Made by a program: the position numbers and the translations under genes | Origin: the human T2T-CHM13v2.0 reference genome, Homo sapiens | Length of the DNA stretch: 64,000 bases | Reading direction: 5' to 3' (one strand) | Assembly (NCBI RefSeq): GCF_009914755.1 | Contig: NC_060927.1 | Part shown: positions 30,830 to 43,679 of the stretch, in pieces | Layout of the letters: every line of letters starts with the position of its first letter | Numbering within the stretch: position 1 is the stretch's first letter | Notes under the pieces: model-generated | What the model was told of the DNA's origin: nothing | Seen by the model: the letters and a program-made list of their open reading frames with translations, nothing else | Database searches by the model: none

Positions 30830-31199
30830 GTCAGGTTAGGCTGAGTTCTGCTGCAGTAACAAACCACCTCCTAACCTCAGTGACTCAACATCTGTGGCTC
30901 TGAGGGGATGTTCCAGGGCAGTCATTCTCTATTTGGTGGCCCAGAATTCCAGGCTTTGACCTTGGGGCACCTCCATATCAACATGGGCCTCTAGACTGAA
31001 CAGAGCCAGGGAAAAGACAGGTTGGAGAATCACACCTTGGCTCTTCAGTGCTGCCATCCAGAAGTGGTGTATCACTGCTGTTTCTGTGTCATCATCCAAA
31101 GCAAGTTCTGGCATCATGCCTTACTTCAGGGGGGTGTGGACACGCAACCCTCCTGTGTGGCCGGAAGGAGAGGAGAGCTGGAAAGATCGTTGAGTAGCT
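30830..31199. mobile_element. Old MaLR (MLT1) LTR fragment
   Basis: AGTCAGGTTAGGCTGAGTTCTGCTGCAGTAACAAACCACCTC is MLT1-like. Confidence 0.55.
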
Positions 31200-31502
31200 G
31201 CCAGGCACGGTGGCTCACGCCTGTAATCCCAGCACTTTGGGAGGCTGAGGCGAGCAGATCACTCAAAGTCAGGAGTTCAAGACCTTCCTGGCCAACATGG
31301 TGAAACCCCATCTCTAATGAAAAAAAAAAATTAGCCAGGCATGGTGGCATGCATCTGTAATCCCAGCTACTCAGGAGGCTGAGGCAAAAGGATCATTACG
31401 ATCATTAGAACCTGGGAGGCGGAGGTTGCAGTGAGCCGAGATCACGCCACTGCACTCCAGCCTAGGTGACAGAGCAAGATTCTGTCTCAAAGAAAAAAAA
31501 AA
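31200..31502 (+). mobile_element. Alu (AluS-type)
   Basis: Dimeric Alu with A-tail and a small internal duplication of GATCATTA. Confidence 0.93.
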
Positions 31503-31934
31503 GATAGGTGAGTAGCCATATCCTTTCCTACACTTGGGCCTTGCAGTCTCCAGAGGTCAGGTTGAGAGGTATCCAGCCTGTAGAGCTGCTTTCTAAAGTC
31601 TCTGGAGGGTCAGCAATAAAATAGAGGAGCACTGCCTCCTAAGGTTCCACTGGCTGCAGATGGGATGAACCTCCTGCCACCACAGATGACAGCCTTGGGA
31701 CCTGTGGAGAATGGAGAAGAGAATGGGATCCCACACAGGGAAGGAAAAGCAGCTCCAAAGGACCCCACCTTGAACTTCCCCATCACTCCCGCCTCTCTCC
31801 AGCTAGAGATAGGGCTTCTGGAAACCCCTGTGGCCAAAACTATGCCTGTGTACCTGGGAAGCTGTGGCCTAAGACTATAACTCTCATGTGTTGGGGACAC
31901 TTTGTGGTCACTCTTCACCATAACCTTCTGAGAC

Positions 31935-32055
31935 TGCTGATAACCTAAGCAAAGGAGCTCAGAGAGGTAAAGCCACTTGCACACAGCCAGAAAGTGGTGG
32001 AGCCAGATGCGAACCCAAGTCTGTCCGATCCCAAAGCCACGTTCTCTAAGCTCTG
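31935..32055. mobile_element. MIR fragment
   Basis: GCTCAGAGAGGTAAAGCCACTTGC...GGAGCCAGATGCGAACCCAAGTCTGTC. Confidence 0.65.
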
Positions 32056-32467
32056 AACAATGCCACGTCCCCTTCATTCAGCACAGTACTTGGTACACAG
32101 TGGCATTCAGGAGAGCATGGCAGTGGGTGGTGAACCAGGGCTATTGGTTGCAAACAGAAGAGCCAATTAAATCTCTAGGAGAACCAGAGACTCAGCCTTT
32201 GGGGTTATGCAGCCAAAAACAAACCCAAACCACCCTGCACCACTTGCCCTAGGGGAGGCGTGACTGTCATCCCAGCTTGGAACTAACAATGCTGAAGGCT
32301 ACTCATAAGAAGCTCTGTCTCGACTGCCCCTCCCACCAAAACTAAACCCCTCTCTGCCCCACCCTCAGAGAACACAAGTCTGCAGTATATTTCATTGCTT
32401 TCCTCTTACCTGAATCAGTCTTATGTGGGTGTGTCTAAGTGTCAGATCTGTCACGTTTATGCCCTAG

Positions 32468-32919
32468 TGATGCAGGACAGGCGAGTCTCAAAATTGGGGC
32501 TTAGCCTGGGAGAGTTCTTGGCTTCACCTAGGAAAGAATTCAAGGGTGAGCCGGAGGTGTTAGCGACTTTTAGTGAAGCAGCAGCAGAGGTACTGGTACT
32601 GTGGAACAGCGCTACCCTATAGGCAGTGTGCCCAGAATAGCAGCTCCGAGGCAGGACTGCAGCCATACTTATACCCACTTTGACTTACATGCAAATTAAG
32701 GGGGGATTATGCAGAAATTTCTAGGAAAAGGTTGGTATCTTCCATAGAAAGGGGCAGTAACTTTCAGGTGTTGCCATGGCAATGGTAAACTGACATGGCA
32801 CACTTGTGGGCATGTCTTATGCAAAGCTGCTGCTTCCACTCCATCCCTGTTTCAGCTAGTCCTCATTAGGTCTGGTGTCCAAGCCCCGCCTCCAGAGTTG
32901 AGTCCAACCTCCTACTTCA
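32468..32919. mobile_element. Solo LTR, ERV1 class (subfamily not assigned)
   Basis: TG...CA termini, 452 bp, with a perfect 4-bp target-site duplication CTAG (32464-32467 and 32920-32923). Confidence 0.8.
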
Positions 32920-33390
32920 CTAGCTGCAAGGGAGGCTGGGGAAGCAAGTTGTGTTTTCTATGTTGGGTAGGTGGAATGCCCTATGTACTTCATTCCCAAT
33001 CAGAAAAAGGCTTTGCAAACATGCTGGGTGGCCACAAAGTATAACAAACATGCCCCACAATCTAGCCCTTCACAGCCCAACAACAGCATACACCCTCTTC
33101 CATACAACAGGAACAACAAAATGCTATTGATTAACAACCTTCCTCATAATAAATAAAAACGTATTCATCCTCTTCCCAAAAGGGGACACTGTAATTTCTC
33201 ATCACTGACTGCATCTGGCTCCAAATCCAGGATCTGCTGGTAATTGCCGCTCCTTTCCTGTGATCCCATTTGGTGTTCTGAAATGTGGGGACTGTATTGT
33301 TAAATGGAACCATCAGCAACCAGGCTCTTTATAAAACAGAAGGAGACTATGAGGGGAAAAAATTAATATATATACATACATCTTTTCCAG

Positions 33391-33914
33391 TGTGATGGTT
33401 AGTTTTAGGTGTACTCTTAACTGAATGAAGGGACACCGAGATAGCTGGTAAGGGCATGATTTTTGGGTGTGTCTGTGAGGGTGTTTTGGGAAGAGATCAC
33501 CATTTGAATCAGTAGACTGAATAAAGATGATCCCCCCTCATCCAATATAAGTGGACACCATCCAGTCTATTGAGGGCCTGGATGGAACAAAAAGGCAGAA
33601 GAAAAGTGAATTCACTCTCTCTTCTGGAGCCAGGACATCCATCATCTCCTGCCCTCAGACATCAGAACTCCAGGTTCCCCTGCGTTTCGCCTTGGACTGG
33701 GAGTTACATCATCACCTCCTCTTGATCTCAGGCCTTCAGATTCAAACTGAATTACATCACCAGCTTTCCTGGGTCTCCAACCTGCAGAGGACAGATTGTG
33801 GAACTTTTCGGCCTCCATAATCACATGAGCCAATGCCCATAATACACCCCCTCTTATATCTCTTTATTCTATTGATTCTGTTTCTCTGCAGAGCCCTGAC
33901 TTATTAATATACAC
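33391..33914 (+). mobile_element. MLT2 (ERVL) LTR
   Basis: TGTGATGGTTAGTTTTAGGTGT...GGGTGTGTCTGTGAGGGTGTTT...TTCTGTTTCTCTGCAGAGCCCTGAC. Confidence 0.8.
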
Positions 33915-33980
33915 ATCAAGGAAGACAAAACAGGAAGATGTTCCATCCTACTTAGCCACAGGTCATGAGGTCAAGATGGT

Positions 33981-35480
33981 GCTATTGTCTGAATGCTGGT
34001 GTCCCCCCACCAAACCCCAAATTCACCTGTTGGAACCTAAAACACGATGCCACAGTATAAAGAGGTGAGGTTTTTGGGGGAGTGATTAAGTCAGGAAGCT
34101 CTGCCTCATGAGTGGGATTACTGGCCCTTATAGAAGAGGTTGAAGGGAGCTACCTGTCCTTTCACCTTGCAAAGACACTGAATTGGCTCCTTCTGCCATA
34201 TGCGGACAATAGAAGGTGCCATCTATGAAGAAGACAAAACTCTCACCAGATACTGAATCTCCTGGTGCCTTGATCTTGGACTCTCAGCTTTCAGAACTGT
34301 GAACAATAAATTTCTATTGTTTATAAACTACCCAGTTAAAGGTATTTTGTTATAGCAGCCTGAGCAGACTAAGACAGAAATTGGTACTTAGTGGGGATGT
34401 TGCTATAACGAATAGTTTAAAATGTGAAAGCAGCTTTGGAGCTGGGAAGAGTTGAGTTTGGAGGAACAGGTTAGGAAAAAACCCTATATTGTCATGAATG
34501 GACCATGAAGGCTATTCTGGTGAGGGCTCAGAAGAGAACTGTAAAGAAAGCCTCAGTTTTCTCAGAGATTACCTAAGTAGTCATAATCAGAATGTTCACA
34601 GACATGTGTATGGTAAAGGCCATTCTGATGAGGTCTCAGATGGAAATGAGGAACATGTTATTAGAAACTGGAGGAAAGGCTATCCTTGTCATAAAGTGGC
34701 AAAGAACTTGGCTGAATCGTGTTTGTTTCCTAGTGTTTTGTGGAAGGAGGAACTTATGAGTGATGACATAAGATATTTAGCAGAAGAAATCTCTAAACAA
34801 AGTGTTGAGCATGTGGCATGGCTTCTCTTGACTGCTTACAGCAAAATACAAGAAGAGAGAAATGAATTAAAGATAGATTTTATAATCAAAAGTGAAGCAG
34901 AACTTAGATTTAGAAAATTATCAGCCTGGCCATGTTGTAAAGAATGAAACAGTGGGTCTGAGAAAGAACACCAAGGGTGTGCCCAAGCAACAGTTTGATA
35001 AGGAGAGTAACATGGATTAGTGGAAGCCTATTTGTCAAGGGGACAATGGAGGAATGACCCTGAAGGCATTTTGGAGATCATCAGGGCTGCCTTTCTTCTT
35101 ATAACAGGCCTAGAGTGCCAAGGCCTGGAGGGCAGAACTGTGTCAGAAGAGGGGCCTTGGGTGCCTAAGGGACCTCATCCCTCACTGCCCTGTGCCAACC
35201 CAGACCTCTGCTCCCTGACGCTGGTATAGCACTCCTCAGCTGTCCAAGATGAAGCTCCAGTGGGCCCAGGTGTGATGTATGCCATAGTGGCTGTCTCTCC
35301 AGAGGTCACAGGTGGTAAACCTTGGTAGCATCTGTGAGGTGCCATCTCCACCAGGAAGCACAGTACACAGGCTCTGGAGGCATGGTTTCCTCCACCTGGA
35401 TTTCAAAGGATGCCCCAAAGAGCCTCAGAGCCACCACAGAGAGCCCCCACTAGGGCACTGGCCAGTGGAGCTGTGGGATC
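33981..35480 (+). mobile_element. MaLR (MST-type) LTR at 33981-34376 plus internal region
   Basis: LTR ends TTGTTATAGCAGCC...GACTAAGACA and is followed by the AATTGGTAC internal start. ORF 34498-34947 (NWRKG.PC.KVAKNLAE, LAEEISKQS) is a MaLR internal-ORF remnant. Confidence 0.8.
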
Positions 35481-35692
35481 TGGTGAGGATCTTCTTCCTT
35501 TGCCCTCACATGGCAGAAGGCCAAAGGGCAAGAGAGCTGAACACTGTGTAAAGCCTCTTTTGTAAGGGCCTTCATCCCTACTCATAAGGGGAGAATCCCC
35601 CATGACCTAGTCAGCTCTTACAGGCCCTACCTCCTAATACTATCACACAGGCAACATCTGAATTTTGGAGGGGACACATTCAAACCATAGCA
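35481..35692 (-). mobile_element. MaLR LTR fragment, opposite orientation
   Basis: CCTCACATGGCAGAAGG...TTTTGGAGGGGACACATTCAAACCATAGCA. Confidence 0.7.
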
Positions 35693-35784
35693 GTAACAAC
35701 TTGCAAAATTCTAGTGCAGATCACAACCAGGACATTGCCATTGACACAATCCACTTATCTTTCCCCAAATTTTACTTGTATTCA

Positions 35785-35786
<2 letters not shown>

Positions 35787-35834
<48 letters not shown>

Positions 35835-35845
35835 TGCGTGTATGT
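35787..35845. repeat. (TG)n microsatellite
   Basis: Read directly. Confidence 0.9.
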
Positions 35846-37581
35846 AGTTCAATACAATATTATCACAGGTGCAGGTTCATATATTCACAACCATAATCAA
35901 GACACAGAACAATTCCACCCCACAAAGATACCTGTTACCATCTTATAACTAACTACACACCACAATCCCTTCTGCCACCACCCATTCCATCCCTAGCCAC
36001 TGACAACCACCAATCCATTCTCCATTAAAATTTTTGTCATGACAAAAATGTTTTATTAATGGAATCATATAGTATGTAACTTTTTGGGGCTGACATTTTT
36101 CACTCAGTCTAATTCCCTGAAGATTGATCCAAGTCATTGTGTGTACCAAGAGTTCATTCTTTTTTTTTTAATTGCTGAGTAGTATTCCATGGCTGGTATG
36201 TACTCTTTTTTTTAACCATTCGCCCATGAAAGGTGAGAAGGGATGTTTCTACTTTCTTAGTATTACAAATATAACTGCTATGAGCAGTTATATACATGTA
36301 TGGGTTTTATGTGAACAGAAGTTTTCATTTTTCTGGGATACATGCCAAGGAGGGCAATTGCTAGGTCATATGGTATAGTTGCATATTTAGTCTTTTAAGA
36401 AGCTGCCAAAGTGTCTTCTACCGTGGCTGTACTATTTTACCTTCCCAGTAGCAATGTGAGTGATCTGATTTCTTCGTATTCTCACAAGTATTTTGGTGTT
36501 GTCATTATTTTTTAAATCTTAGCAACTCTGAGAGGTATGTAGTGATATCTCATTTTGGTTTTAATTTGTATTTCCCTGATGACTAATGATACTGAACATC
36601 CTTTCATTAAATTATTTCCCATCTGTATATCCTTTTTGGTGGAATATTGGTTCATGCCTTTTGCCTATTTTCTCATTGGATTGTTTGTATGTTTTAGAAT
36701 TTGGGAGATCTTTGTATGTCTAGATATTGCAAATATTTTTCTCAATCTGTAGCTTGTCTTTTTATTCTCTTCACATGATCTTTTGCTGAGCAAAAGATTT
36801 TTATTTTGGTAAGATCTAGATGATCACATTTTCCTTTTATATGTCATGCTTTTGGTGTTAAGTGTAAAAACTTATTCCATAGCCCTAAATGCTGAAATAT
36901 TCTCCTGTGTTTTTTTCCTAGAAGTTTTATACTTTGGTTTTAAATATTGTTTAGAAGATGCTCAGTTACTTATTCTCTGAGTCATGTCCAGTACAGGGAT
37001 TGCCAAGGGTCTCTGTGTTCTTTTTTAAAAAATTATGGTAAAATACATATAACATAAAATTTACTTTCTTAACCATTTTTAAGTGTACAGTTCAATGGGA
37101 TTAAGTACATTCTCACTGTTGTGCAGCCATCACCACCATCCATCCACAGAGCTCTTCTGATCGTTCCAAACTGAAACTCTGTACATATTGAACAGTAGCT
37201 CCCTCCTCCCTCTTGCCCACAGCCCTTAGCAACCACCATTCTACTTTCTATCTCTATGCATTTAACACATAAGCGGAATAATACAATATTTGTCTTTTTT
37301 GACTGGTTTATTTCATTTAGCATAATGTCTTCACACTTCATCCATGTTGTAGCGTGTGTCAGAATTTCCGTCCTCTTTAAGGCTGAATAATATATATACC
37401 ACATTTAGCTTATTAATTAATTCATCAGTGGACACTTGGGTTGCTTCCACCTTTTGGGCATTGCAAATAATGCTGCTATGAACATGGGTATATAAATATC
37501 TCTTCAAGGCCCTGCTTTCAGTTCTTTTGGGTATATACTCAAATGTGGAATTGCTAGATCACATGGTAATTTGATTTTTAA

Positions 37582-37876
37582 TTTTTTTTTTTTTTTGAGA
37601 CAGAGTCTCGCTCTGTCGCCCAGGCTGGAGTGCAGTGGCGTGATCTCGGCTCACTGCAGGCTCCGCCTCCCGGGTTCATGCCATTCTCCTGCCTCAGTCT
37701 CCCGTAGCTGGAATTACAGGTGCCCGCCACCATGCCTGGCTAGTTTTTTGTGTTTTTAGTAGAGATGGGATTTCACCATGTTAGCCAGGATGGTTTCGAT
37801 CTCCTGACCTCGTGATCCAGCTGCCTTGGCCTCCCAAAGTGCTGGGATTACAGGCATGAGCCGCTGTGCCTGGCCG
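37582..37876 (-). mobile_element. Alu, minus strand
   Basis: Poly-T then GAGACAGAGTCTCGCTCTGTCGCCCAGG...CCTGGCC. Confidence 0.95.
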
Positions 37877-38183
37877 ATTTTTAATTTTTTAAGGAACTGC
37901 CATACTGTTTTCCACAGCACCTATACTGTTTTACATTCCCATCAACAATGCACAACTGATTGAAATGCTCATCTATTCCAGAGACACCCTCATAGACACA
38001 CTGGAAATAATGTTATATCAGGTATCTGGACATCCCTTAGTCCAGTCAAACTGACACCTAAAATTAACTATCACCATCTATTATCTGCCTTTATGCCAGT
38101 GCCACACTGTTTTGATTATTGTCGCTTTGTAGTAAGTTTTGAAATCAGGACGTGGGAGACCATTAACTTTCTTCTTTTTCAAG

Positions 38184-38496
38184 TTTTTTTTTTTGAGACA
38201 ATAGTCTTGCTGTGTTGCCCAGGCTGGAGTATAGTGGTTATTTACAGGTGCAATCCCACTACTGATCAGCATGGGAGTTTTGGCCTGCTCCATCTGCAAC
38301 CTGTGTTAGTTCACTTCTCCTTAGGCAACTTGGTGGTCTCCCACTTCCAGGGGGTCACCATATTGATGCTGAACTTACTGTGGACACCCAATCAGCACTG
38401 TGCACTACAGCCCAGAACTCCTGGGCTCAAGCAATCCTCCTCCTGTCTCACCCTCCCGAGGAGCTGGGACTATAGGCACGAGCCACCACACCTGGC
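38184..38496 (-). pseudogene. 7SL (SRP) RNA retropseudogene, full length including the S domain
   Basis: Alu-like ends enclose the 7SL-specific core (+ strand CCCACTACTGATCAGCATGGGAGTTTTG...CCTTAGGCAAC...GGTCACCATATTGATGCTGAACTTA), with a poly-A tail. Confidence 0.9.
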
Positions 38497-39366
38497 TCAA
38501 AGTCATTTTAGATGTTTTACATCTTAAGTCCACGATCCATTTCAAGTTAATTTTTGTGTAAGTTGTGAGATTTAGGTTGAGGTTATTATTTCCGCTATGG
38601 ATGTCTAATTGCTCCAGCACTATTTGTTGAAAAGTTTTGAACTGCTTTTGCATCTTTGTCAAAAATCGGTTGAGCCTATTTGGATCTATTTCTGGGTCCT
38701 CTGTTCGGGTCTATTGATCTATATGTTTATCCCTTTGCCAATACCATATGATCTTGCCTACTGTAGCTATATCAGGTAGAGTGATTCCTCCCACTTTATT
38801 CTTCTTTGTCAAGATTATTCTAACTATTCGAGGGTCTTTAACTTTCCATATAAATTTTAGAATATGCTTGTCTAAATCTATTAAAAACTTTGCTGGAATT
38901 TTGATAGGCATTGAATGAAACTTATAATTCAGTTTGAGGAGAATTGACATCTTTACTATGTTGTCTCCCAACACATGAACACACTCTGTCTCTCCATTTG
39001 TTTAGCTCTTCCATTATTTCTTTAATCAGCATTTTGTAGTTTTTGGCATACATATCCTCTATGTGTTTTGCCTAAATATTTCATTTTCTTTTGAGTGACT
39101 GTACATGGTATTAAGTTTTAAATTTCATTTTCTTCATGTTCATTGTTAGTAAATAGAAATGCAATTAATGTTTGTGTGTTAATCTTATATCCTCCAACTT
39201 TGCTGAACTCATTGATTAGTTCCTGTAAGCATTTTATGGGGATTTTCTGGGATTACTTCCCCTTCATTCCTGAAAGATACTTTCATTGGATATAAAATTC
39301 ACAGCTGATAGCTCCCCCAGCACTTGAAATATGTTGTACCACTTCCTTCTGGCCTCCATAGTTTTG

Positions 39367-39634
39367 CTTTTTTTTAGAGATGGAGTCTCACTGTGTCCAG
39401 CGAGTGTTAGAGTCCAGGCTGGAGTGCAGTGGCATGATCTTAGCTCACTGCAACCTCTGCTTCCTGAGTTAAACAATTCTCCTGCCTTGGTCTCCCGAGT
39501 AGCTGGGACTACCAGCGTGTGCCACCACACCCAGCTAATTTTTGTATTTTTAGTAGAGATGGGTTTTCACCATGTCGGCCAGGCTGGTCTTGAACTCCTG
39601 ATCTCAAGTGATCTGCTCGCTTAGGCCTCCCAAA
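39367..39634 (-). mobile_element. 5'-truncated Alu, minus strand
   Basis: 17-bp target-site duplication TGGCCTCCATAGTTTTG at 39350-39366 and 39635-39651. Confidence 0.92.
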
Positions 39635-39989
39635 TGGCCTCCATAGTTTTGGATGATAAATCCACTGTCATTTGAATTGGTGTTTAACTACAGGTGATGT
39701 ATTGTTTCTCTCTGTCTGCTTTTGATATTTTTTTCTTTGTCTTTAGTTTTCAAAAGTTTAATTATGATGTGTCTTGGCATGGATTTATTTGGGTTTATTC
39801 TGTTTGGGGTTTTCTCAGCTTCTTGGATGTGCTGGTTTGTGTCTTAACCAAATTTTGGAAGTCTTCAGGCATTATTACTTTAGTTATTCTCTCAGCCTCA
39901 TTCTTTCTCCTCTCCTTCTGAGACTGCAATGATATGCAGTGATACAAACACTGATTTTTTTGTTATTGTCCTATGGGCCCCTGAGACTG

Positions 39990-40066
39990 ACTCTCTCTCT
40001 CTATGTGTATATATATATGTATACACACACACACACACACATACACACACACACATATATATATAT
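39990..40066. repeat. Compound (CT)/(TA)/(CA) microsatellite
   Basis: Read directly. Confidence 0.85.
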
Positions 40067-41188
40067 CATTTCTTCCCACAATATTATGTCTTTGTTGTTT
40101 AGACTGGGTAAATTCTATTGATCTGTCCTCAATCAAGCACTGATTTTATCTTCTGTCATCTCTCCCCTATTGAGGCCATCTAGTAGGCTTTTATTTCTGT
40201 GGTTGTATTTTTCAGTTCTATAATTTCCATTTGGTTCTTCTATATAACTTCTTTTTTGGTGAGATTTTAAATTTTTTTATTCATTCCAATAAAATTTGAA
40301 TCAATTGTTGAAGCATTATTATGATGGCCACTTTAAAATCCTTGCCAGATAATCCTAACAACTGGTTAATCTCAGTGTTGGTGCCAGTTGATTCTTTTCA
40401 CATTCAGGTTGTGATATTCCTCATTCTTGGTATGACAGGTGAGTTTCAGTTGTGTCTTAGATATTTTGGCCATCATGTTAGGAGACTCTGGGTCCTACTT
40501 AGTTCATTGGTTGCAACATCAGTCACCTTGTTTACATTTATCATGCATATCTCGGTCTGAGGTCTGAGGTTCCAGTGGGCTGAGGTTCCAATGACAATTT
40601 AATTTTCAGATGCTTTGTGGTGTTCTTTTCATATGCTTGGTTTCTTTGGTGCTGCTGGAGCTCCTGCTGGTTCCTGCTGGTGCTGCCTGAGAGGGCAGAA
40701 GGGGTGTTCCCAGGTCAGGCTGCCCAGCTCTCTTGGCAGGGGAGGTGAGTTTCGGGCCCAGTGTGAAAGGAGAGTGCTTCCCCTGGTTGCTAATTGTTAG
40801 TGGGGCACCTGAGTAATCTCCCCTCTGGTGGTGCTGGGCTCATGTGGAGTTGTCAGAGGGACTCCTCTTCAAATTGTAAGAGGGCTGAGCCTGTTTTGGC
40901 TGCCTTCTGTTGATAGGCTGGGTGTCTGGAAACACCAGGCCTGGGTCATCTTCTTCCACTGAGTGGGGGCACATAAGATATCCTGCCACTGAGTTGTTCC
41001 TTTATTCTTAGGGTCCCAAACTAATGCATAATTCCCTTGCCAGCTTTCAGTGTTATCTTCTGATTGCCTCTTGCATTGTTTTCACAGTTCATAGTTGTAC
41101 TTGACAGGAAGGAGCAGGGGGAAACAAGTTTACACCATTTTGTCCAGGCCAGAAGTCGTCTTTTCAAACATTTAAAAAAGTAGATCAC

Positions 41189-41541
41189 TGTATTAGTCCG
41201 TTTTCACACTGCTGACAAAAACATACCTGAGACTGGGTAATTTAGAAAGGAAAGAGGTTTAATTGACTCACAGTTCCACATGGTTGGGGAGGGCTCACAA
41301 TCATGGCAGAAGGCAAGGAGGAGCCAAGTCCTGTCTTACATGGATGGCAGCAGGCAGAGAGAGAACTTGTGCAGGGCAACTCCTCTTTATAAAACCATCA
41401 GCTCTTGTGAGACTTATTCATTATGAGAACAGCAAGGGAAAGACCCGCCCCCATGATTCAATTCCCTCCCACGACACGTGGGAATCGTGGGAGCCACAAT
41501 TCAAGATGAAATTTGGGTGGGGACATGGCCAAACCATATCA
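41189..41541 (-). mobile_element. THE1-family MaLR solo LTR
   Basis: TGTATTAGTCCGTTTTCACACTGCTG...CCAAACCATATCA; 5-bp target-site duplication ATCAC/ATCGC. Confidence 0.9.
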
Positions 41542-43386
41542 ATCGCCAAAGAGCTCATTGGAAACTCAGCATGTGTGAAGGGCCTTGTTAATTAGAGGGC
41601 TTCACTGTAGGATGATTTGACCAGGCTTACTGATATCTTTTTGTTTCCTCTTGGGCTGTCAGATCCCTCAATTTCAATTCTCTATTTGGAGGTCATAGCT
41701 GACCTGCCAGCTTTCTGGGAGCTGAGTGGGAATAGGGTTTTCCATTTAGAACATGGAGTTTCTTTTAATTACCCAGTGTTCACACTGCACCACTGCCTTC
41801 ACCTCTGCTGAGTGTCTTAGTCAAGAGCCCTCTGGTTTACCTTCTTTGGAAATGAAACACCTGGCTTCTACCAGGTGGTGGTTGATTCTCCTGTATGTTT
41901 AAAGGTACCTGGTGTTGCCAATTCTGGACCTTCTCTGTGGATTCTGAGGTATAGAAGAGTTGCATCTGGGCTTCCCACTGCTGACTTAGAGTCAGGACTG
42001 CTACGCTGCTCATCACACATCACCTGCTTTCCAGAATCCGTGGTGGTATTGTTATGTCCCTGTAGAGTATGTTGTATACTATGTTCCTGAGAGTTTATGC
42101 TATATATTTTTTTCTCTTTACCATCTACTTTAATTGTAGTGAGCTTTCAAAAGGAAGCAAAATTAAAATGTGTATTTTATCTGCCACCATTAACTGGAAG
42201 GCTTGCCTCACTTCTCCTGCTACAAAATGAGATCTTCGATCAGAAGCAGGCTTGAATTTGGTTCCATGAAAATGAGTAAGGCGTGAAGTCTATGGATAGA
42301 GGGATTAGCAGAAATGTGGCAGGCAGAGAAGGCAAATCCAGATTCAGAATACATATCAGTAAAACTTTAGTAGAATGACCAATTTCAATTCTTAGGAAAC
42401 CCACAATCCATTAGTCACTCCCAAGGATCTCTGTAGGTCAAACCATCTGATTACCACCCACTCCAGCCCTGCTGCTTATTACAGTAACCATGCCCATTTT
42501 GCCTTTGGTGCTTATGAGCCATTCCTTGGCCATTGTCAACCCTAAGATCCCATTATCCTCCCTGAAAGCAGGAAGGCCACTTCATAGGCAAAGGCTCCCA
42601 CCCACACCCTTGACAGGCCAAAGTTGCCAGCATTTCTCACCAACAAGTTCCTCAGTGATGGGCAAAAGTGTCCTCTAAGCCCTCTCAGCAAACACAGGTG
42701 GGGATGGATGACATACCTAATAAATCCACTCCAACATTCTGGGCTGCCTGTTTTTGGATCCTTTTATGTAATGTAAGAGCATTTCCAGCATCTCAACTTC
42801 TTGCATCATAGGCCACCTTTAACCCAGAAGTCAGTGAAGAAGCAAGCAGGCCATTAGAAATTCTCTCGACTTCTCAAGCTCACCCTTGAGCACCTGTTGC
42901 TGGTATACTCCTGAAATGATTTTCAACATCACACAGCCCTCTTAGCAGTAGATCACAGAATCTTCACTGGCTAGTGTGGTATCAGACAGATTACAGAAAC
43001 TTCAGGAATGCTCGAGTCAGGATTGCAGGATACATAGCCCAGACAATGGCCAAACCACAGCCAGTAGGGACAGATCCCTCAGCTTGTATGGTGGACAGTG
43101 GAAAGTAGACTCCAGAAGTTCCAACACTGCTGTCCATCAGCCCTTCGCCAAAATATGGATGCTGCAGGTTCCTGCTTCCTGTTCCAAACTGAAGTTTTGG
43201 GATGGGCGCATACAATGGGTTGAGCTCAGTGGCATGTCTGTGTTCCTGGGGAAGCTGGGAAAATAAATTCTGGTTTCTACCACAGGGAAGAAGGACTACT
43301 TATGTGGGAACTGTCCAAAACATAGGAAGACTATTTAGGAGATGCAGGAAGGCCACCAAGTGTGACAAATATCTGCCACCCAAATA

Positions 43387-43600
43387 TCCTGAGTTCAAGC
43401 AATTCTCCTGTCTCAGCCTCCCGAGTAGCTGGGACTATAGGCACACGCCACCATACCCAGCTAATTTTTGTATTTTAGTAGGCACGGGGTTTCACCATAT
43501 TGATCAGGCTGGTCTCGAACTCCTGACCTCAGGTGATCCACCCACTGCCCTGGCCTCCCAAAGTGTTAGGATTACAGGCGTGAGCCACTGCGCCCGGCCC
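43387..43600 (-). mobile_element. Partial Alu, minus strand
   Basis: GAGTTCAAGCAATTCTCCTG...CACTGCGCCCGGCC. Confidence 0.9.
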
Positions 43601-43679
43601 CATTTTGTGTTTCTCTTAAATGACCCTGTGATATACTAAGATTCCTAATGAAGGCAGAAGCTATCAGTTAAAAATATGA

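Larger units (their letters stand above)
35700..41160 (-). mobile_element. Cluster of old LINE-1 (L1M) fragments interrupted by younger inserts
   Basis: T-rich + strand. Minus-strand ORF remnants resemble L1 ORF2 ([20 protein letters not shown]; KFIWKVKDPRI) and L1 3' ends. Confidence 0.8.

Noticed and set aside
38093-39624. ORFs of 72-144 aa in the repeat cluster
   Set aside because: Derived from L1, Alu and 7SL fragments.
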